A DNA stretch of 31,678 bases from an uncultured Chromatiaceae bacterium (lineage in GTDB: Bacteria > Pseudomonadota > Gammaproteobacteria > DRLM01), in contig CAYWIQ010000001.1 of the NCBI GenBank assembly GCA_964458405.1, forward strand, positions 6,093 through 37,770, in the 5' to 3' direction. Made by a program: the position numbers and the translations under genes. Positions 26,808-31,678 of this stretch are shown here, in pieces. The notes under the pieces were generated by a model. That model was not told the origin of the DNA and did not search any database. It worked only from the letters and a program-made list of their open reading frames with translations. Numbering within the stretch: the stretch's first letter is position 1; each line of letters begins with the position of its first letter.

Positions 26808-29642
26808 ATGGCTGACTATAAAAACACCTTAAACCTGCCGCAGACCGGTTTTCCCATGAAGGCCAATCTCGCCGCCCGCGAGCCGGAAACGCTCAAGGCC
26901 TGGCAGACCATGGGACTCTATCGCCGCCTGCGCGAGACGCGCCAAGGCGCACCCAAGTTTATCCTCCATGACGGTCCGCCCTACGCCAACGGCGAGATCC
27001 ATATCGGTCACGCGGTCAATAAGGTGCTCAAGGACATCATCGTCAAGGCCCGTTCCTTCGACGGCAAAGACGCGCCTTACGTGCCGGGTTGGGACTGCCA
27101 TGGCCTGCCCATCGAATTACAAGTGGAGAAGAAGGTGGGCAAGGCCGGCGTCAAGGTGGACGCCAAGACCTTCCGCCAGGCGTGCCGGGACTATGCCGCC
27201 GTGCAGATCGCCAAGCAGCGCGAAGATTTCGTGCGTCTCGGCGTGCTGGGCGATTGGGAGCAACCCTATCTCACCATGGATTTCCGCTTCGAGGCCAACA
27301 TCGTGCGGGCCCTGGGGCGACTGATCGCCAACGGCCATCTCCACAAGGGGTCGAAGCCGGTGCACTGGTGCACCGATTGCGGCTCGGCCTTGGCGGAGGC
27401 GGAGGTGGAGTACGAGGACAAGACCTCGCCGGCCATCGACGTGCGCTTCACGGTGATGACCGAAGAGGCCTTGCTCGCGCGCTGCGAGCATACGGGCGGT
27501 CACGCCGGTCACGGGCCGGTCGCGGTGGTGATCTGGACCACGACGCCCTGGACGTTGCCCGCCAATCACGGCGTGGCCTTGAATCCCGACCTGGAGTACG
27601 TGGTGGTCCAGGCCGGTAATGAACGGTTGGTGCTCGCTGAGGCGTTGATGAAACAGGCCATGGCGCGTTACGGCATCGAGGATTATCGAGTGGTCGCCAC
27701 CTGTCTGGGCAAGGATCTGGAAGGGTTGAAACTGCAACATCCCTTCTATGCCCGAGAGGTGCCGGTGATCCTCGGCGATCATGTCACCACCGATTCCGGT
27801 ACCGGTGCGGTGCATACCGCGCCCGGTCACGGCCAGGAAGACTATGCGGTGGGCGTGCGCTACGGCCTGCCGGTGGACAATCCCGTGGGCGGTAACGGCG
27901 TGTTTCTACCCGGCACCGAATTGTTTGCCGGCGAACATGTGTTCAAGGCCAACGATCATGTGATCGAGGTGTTGAAGGCCAAGGGCGCGTTGCTGCACGA
28001 AGAGGCGCTGCGCCACAGCTATCCCCATTGCTGGCGACACAAGACGCCCATCATCTTTCGCGCCACGCCCCAGTGGTTCATCAGCATGGAACAACAAGGG
28101 TTGCGCGGCCAGGCCTTGGCCGCCATCCGCAACGTCAGTTGGATGCCGGAGTGGGGACAGGCGCGCATCGAGGGCATGGTGACCAATCGCCCGGATTGGT
28201 GTATCTCGCGGCAGCGCACCTGGGGCGTGCCCATCGCGCTGTTCGTTCACAAGGAGAGCGCTGCGCTCCATCCCCGTACCGCGGAATTGATCGAGGCGGT
28301 GGCGGCGCGCATCGAGCAAGCGGGAATAGACGCCTGGTTCGAACTGGATCCGGCGGAACTGCTGGGCGCCGAGGCGGAGGATTATGACAAGGTCACCGAT
28401 ACCCTGGACGTGTGGTTTGATTCCGGCGTGACCCATGCCTGCGTGCTGGAGCAGCGCCCCGAATTGGGCGGCGTGCCGGCGGCATTATATCTGGAAGGGT
28501 CCGATCAACACCGCGGCTGGTTCCAGTCATCATTGTTGACCGCGGTAGGGATGCGCGGCGCCGCGCCCTATCGCAGTGTGCTCACCCACGGTTTCACCGT
28601 GGATGCCCAAGGGCGCAAGATGTCCAAGTCCTTGGGCAACGTGATAGCGCCGCAAAAGGTGGTGAACAGCTTGGGGGCGGATGTCTTGCGCCTGTGGGTG
28701 GCGGCCACCGACTATCGCGGCGAGATCAGCGTGTCGGACGAAATCCTCAAACGCACCGCCGACGCCTACCGGCGTTTGCGTAACACCGCACGCTTTCTGT
28801 TGGCCAACCTCGACGGCTTCGATCCCGCCCATCACATGCTGGCGCCGGCACAGATGCTGGAGCTGGACCGCTGGGCGGTGGAACGGGCGCGGCGCCTGCA
28901 ACAACAGGTGGTCGACGCCTACGACAGCTACGAATTCCACCAGATCTACCAGCGGGTACACAATTTCTGCGTGGTGGAGATGGGCGGTTTCTATCTCGAC
29001 ATCATCAAGGATCGTCAATACACCACCCAGGCCGACAGCACGGCACGGCGCTCGGCGCAAACCGCCATGTATCACATCATCGAAGCCATGGTGCGCTGGC
29101 TGGCGCCGATCTTGAGCTTTACCACCGAGGAGATCTGGCGCTACATCCCCGGCGAGCGCGCCGAGTCGGTGTTTCTCGAAACCTGGTACGCATTGCCCGC
29201 CGTCTATGACAACGCCGAGACGGCGGACGCCCAACTGGTGCTGTGGCGACAAGTAACCGCGGTGCGCGAGATCGTGGGCAAGGAACTGGAGGCCCTGCGC
29301 ATCGCTGGCGGGATCGGTGCGGGCTTGGAAGCGGAAGTCGAACTCTATTGCGGTCGCGAGTTGCACGATCAATTGCAGCGCTTCGACGATGAGTTGCGCT
29401 TCGTCTTCATCACCTCGGAGGCCCGGGTGCACGGCACCACCGTGGTGCCCGACGAGGCGGCGCATTTTACCCTGCCGTCCGGTGACGAGTTCTGGGTAAC
29501 GGTGGCGCCGTCCGCCAATCCCAAGTGCGTGCGTTGCTGGCACCGTCGCGATGATGTCGGGCGGGATGCCGAGCATCCCGAGTTGTGCGGACGCTGCGTG
29601 GAAAACATCGCCGGCAGTGGTGAAGTGCGGCGCTTCGCCTGA
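26808..29642 (+). CDS. ileS: Isoleucyl-tRNA synthetase (type 1)
   Basis: [39 protein letters not shown]-terminal zinc motif KCVRCWH...CGRC. Confidence 0.99.
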   Translation: MADYKNTLNLPQTGFPMKANLAAREPETLKAWQTMGLYRRLRETRQGAPKFILHDGPPYANGEIHIGHAVNKVLKDIIVKARSFDGKDAPYVPGWDCHGLPIELQVEKKVGKAGVKVDAKTFRQACRDYAAVQIAKQREDFVRLGVLGDWEQPYLTMDFRFEANIVRALGRLIANGHLHKGSKPVHWCTDCGSALAEAEVEYEDKTSPAIDVRFTVMTEEALLARCEHTGGHAGHGPVAVVIWTTTPWTLPANHGVALNPDLEYVVVQAGNERLVLAEALMKQAMARYGIEDYRVVATCLGKDLEGLKLQHPFYAREVPVILGDHVTTDSGTGAVHTAPGHGQEDYAVGVRYGLPVDNPVGGNGVFLPGTELFAGEHVFKANDHVIEVLKAKGALLHEEALRHSYPHCWRHKTPIIFRATPQWFISMEQQGLRGQALAAIRNVSWMPEWGQARIEGMVTNRPDWCISRQRTWGVPIALFVHKESAALHPRTAELIEAVAARIEQAGIDAWFELDPAELLGAEAEDYDKVTDTLDVWFDSGVTHACVLEQRPELGGVPAALYLEGSDQHRGWFQSSLLTAVGMRGAAPYRSVLTHGFTVDAQGRKMSKSLGNVIAPQKVVNSLGADVLRLWVAATDYRGEISVSDEILKRTADAYRRLRNTARFLLANLDGFDPAHHMLAPAQMLELDRWAVERARRLQQQVVDAYDSYEFHQIYQRVHNFCVVEMGGFYLDIIKDRQYTTQADSTARRSAQTAMYHIIEAMVRWLAPILSFTTEEIWRYIPGERAESVFLETWYALPAVYDNAETADAQLVLWRQVTAVREIVGKELEALRIAGGIGAGLEAEVELYCGRELHDQLQRFDDELRFVFITSEARVHGTTVVPDEAAHFTLPSGDEFWVTVAPSANPKCVRCWHRRDDVGRDAEHPELCGRCVENIAGSGEVRRFA

Positions 29643-30166
29643 TGCGGTTATGGTTAGCGATTGCGGCGGCGGTGATCGGCGTCGACCAGATCACCAAGCA
29701 CCTGGCGGCCGGGCTGTTGCAGGTCAACGAGCCCGCCTCGGTACTGCCCTTTATTAATTTCGATCTGGCCTACAATACCGGGGCGGCTTTCAGTTTTCTT
29801 GCCGACAGCAACGGCTGGCAGCGCTGGTTTTTCGTGGTGTTGGCGGTGGCGGTCAGCGCCATGATCTTCAGGTGGCTACGGCATCTCGACAAGCAAGAGC
29901 GCTGGAGCGGAGTGGCCTTGGCGCTGATCATGGGCGGCGCCTTGGGCAATGCCATCGACCGGGTGATTTTCGGTCACGTTATCGATTTCATCGACTTCTA
30001 CTATACGGCCAAGAGTTGCATGCCGTTGTTTGCGCCGCTGCCCTGGGGCGACGGTTATCAGTGCCATTGGCCGTCCTTCAATCTCGCCGATTCCGCCATC
30101 AGCGTGGGTGCGGTGATCATGGTGGTGGATGCCGTCTTTGGCGCCAAAAAGGCGACCCCAGAATAG
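29642..30166 (+). CDS. lspA: Lipoprotein signal peptidase II
   Basis: DQITK, NTGAAFSFL, GGALGNAIDR, GHVIDFI, FNLAD; TGATG overlap with ileS. Confidence 0.96.
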   Translation: MRLWLAIAAAVIGVDQITKHLAAGLLQVNEPASVLPFINFDLAYNTGAAFSFLADSNGWQRWFFVVLAVAVSAMIFRWLRHLDKQERWSGVALALIMGGALGNAIDRVIFGHVIDFIDFYYTAKSCMPLFAPLPWGDGYQCHWPSFNLADSAISVGAVIMVVDAVFGAKKATPE

Positions 30167-30243
30167 TTAAGGGTAATGGCCGTGTGTTTTTTACGGTGAT
30201 GTAAATCGTTACAATGAGACTTTGTGAAGTGAGTTGTTGATCC

Positions 30244-31182
30244 ATGGAAATCGTGCTTGCCAATCCCCGCGGCTTTTGCGCCGGCGTCGACCGTGCCATC
30301 CACATCGTGGAACGGGCCTTGGAGCTGTTCGACGCTCCCATCTACGTGCGCCACGAGGTGGTCCACAATAAATACGTGGTAGACGGATTGCGGGCCAAGG
30401 GGGTGGGGTTCGTCGACGAATTGGAGGAAGTTCCCGACGGCAACTTGGTGATCTTCAGCGCCCACGGCGTCTCCAAGGCGGTGCGCGAGGAAGCGGCCCA
30501 GCGCGGCCTCAAGGTATTCGACGCCACCTGTCCTTTAGTGACCAAGGTCCATCTCGAGGTGGAGCGTCACCGCCGCGACGGTCGGGAGTGCATCCTTATC
30601 GGTCATGCCGGCCACCCCGAGGTCGAGGGCACCATGGGGCAATGGCAAAAGACCGCCGGCGACGGGCAAATGTACCTGGTGCAGGATGCGGATGAGGTTG
30701 GGAATCTTGAGGTGCGCGATCCCGATAACCTGGCCTTTGTCACCCAGACCACATTATCGGTGGACGATACCGCCGCGGTCATCGACGCCTTGCGCCTGCG
30801 CTTTCCCGCCATCATCGGTCCGCGCAAGGATGACATCTGCTATGCCACCCAGAACCGCCAGGATGCGGTGAAGATGCTGGCGGAGGAATGCGACGTGGTG
30901 TTGGTGATGGGCTCGCCCACCAGTTCCAATTCCAATCGCCTGCGTGAACTGGCCGCCAAGCGCGGCAAGGCCGCCTATCTCATCGACGGCGCCGACGAGA
31001 TTCAGCGGGAGTGGCTGGCGGACAAGCAGCGCATAGGCATTACCGCCGGGGCGTCGGCGCCGGAGGTGCTGGTGCAAGCGGTCATCGCCAAACTGAACGA
31101 GTGGGGCGCGGCGCCGGTTCGCGAGATGCAAGGCCGCGCCGAAAACATCGTCTTTTCCCTGCCCAAAGAACTCAACGGCTAA
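30244..31182 (+). CDS. ispH: 4-hydroxy-3-methylbut-2-enyl diphosphate reductase
   Basis: [64 protein letters not shown]. Confidence 0.98.
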   Translation: MEIVLANPRGFCAGVDRAIHIVERALELFDAPIYVRHEVVHNKYVVDGLRAKGVGFVDELEEVPDGNLVIFSAHGVSKAVREEAAQRGLKVFDATCPLVTKVHLEVERHRRDGRECILIGHAGHPEVEGTMGQWQKTAGDGQMYLVQDADEVGNLEVRDPDNLAFVTQTTLSVDDTAAVIDALRLRFPAIIGPRKDDICYATQNRQDAVKMLAEECDVVLVMGSPTSSNSNRLRELAAKRGKAAYLIDGADEIQREWLADKQRIGITAGASAPEVLVQAVIAKLNEWGAAPVREMQGRAENIVFSLPKELNG

Positions 31183-31237
31183 TATATACACTCAAGGTTG
31201 GATCAATCTCGGTGAGTCTCCGTCACCGGTGTCGCAG

Positions 31238-31678
31238 TTACCAACATTGGCTGGCGGGCGTGCTGGTACTGTTGCTCACATCGCGCCCATTGCTGGAGGT
31301 CAGCGTATAGGTCCCGCATGCGTCATTACTCTGATCATTTAACGGCACCGCCTGAAGTTGAAAGCAAGGAGCCGTGCCGCAAGCGCTGGCGTCCACCGCC
31401 GCCACACTGACGCCATAGACCGCTTTGCTGCTGGACGGAGTGAAAGTACTGTTCTTGTCGAAGTAGATAGTGGTGCTGGTGGAGGATGTGTAGCCTCGCA
31501 ACTTGTTCATGGCGTCCGCATAGCCTTTATGTTCGAAAAAATATTGTTCCTGGCGATTGGCGGAATCCAGCAAAGCGCTTATTGCCACCGCCCGCTTTGA
31601 TTTTCGTATTTGATCGACATAGGTAGGGTAGGCGATCGAGGCCAGTATCGCGATGATCGCCATGGTCACGATCAAGCC
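31238..31678 (-). CDS. pilE: Type IV minor pilin PilE-like, N-terminus cut by the window end
   Basis: Pilin helix ...LIVTMAIIAILASIAYPTY...RKSKRA...QEQYF; C-terminal D-x-CGTYTL...CW. Convergent with ispH, as in the P. aeruginosa layout. Confidence 0.85.
   Translation of the reverse strand, partial: GLIVTMAIIAILASIAYPTYVDQIRKSKRAVAISALLDSANRQEQYFFEHKGYADAMNKLRGYTSSTSTTIYFDKNSTFTPSSSKAVYGVSVAAVDASACGTAPCFQLQAVPLNDQSNDACGTYTLTSSNGRDVSNSTSTPASQCW

Overview
A GC-rich (roughly 60% by eye) gammaproteobacterial core-genome segment. I see no transposase, integrase, prophage gene or CRISPR array. Gene order: rpoH > < bioD-bioC-bioH-bioF-bioB | comF > yfaZ-like > hypothetical > HugZ/PNPOx-like > Nudix(MutT)-thiamine-phosphate-synthase-like fusion > < yacG-zapD-coaE-pilD-pilC-pilB < pilA < pilR-pilS < PP0621-like < tRNA-Pro(CGG) < ispB | rplU-rpmA > obgE-proB > < rpsT | murJ > ribF-ileS-lspA-ispH > < pilE (cut by the window end). 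The genes are mostly housekeeping, so the interest lies in details. (1) BioB lacks the canonical [2Fe-2S] ligand equivalent to E. coli Cys97 and has an extra Cys ten residues before the radical-SAM motif. As I recall, this is the pattern of Type II (4Fe-5S) biotin synthases reported mainly from anaerobes, yet here the gene is seamlessly coupled into a conventional bioBFHCD operon. (2) A BirA operator overlaps both the bio promoter and the 5' end of comF. (3) A CIRCE element and candidate sigmaE and sigma54 promoters are stacked in front of rpoH. (4) The sigma54 promoter of pilA has a perfect CRP/Vfr-type palindrome upstream, and GTCAC(A) motifs recur upstream of pilB, pilA and pilS. (5) tRNA-Pro starts 1 nt after the ispB stop codon. 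(6) LspA has a Cys-bounded loop insertion. (7) The PilE-like pilin has Gly at position +5. All family assignments come from motif recognition; no database search was run.
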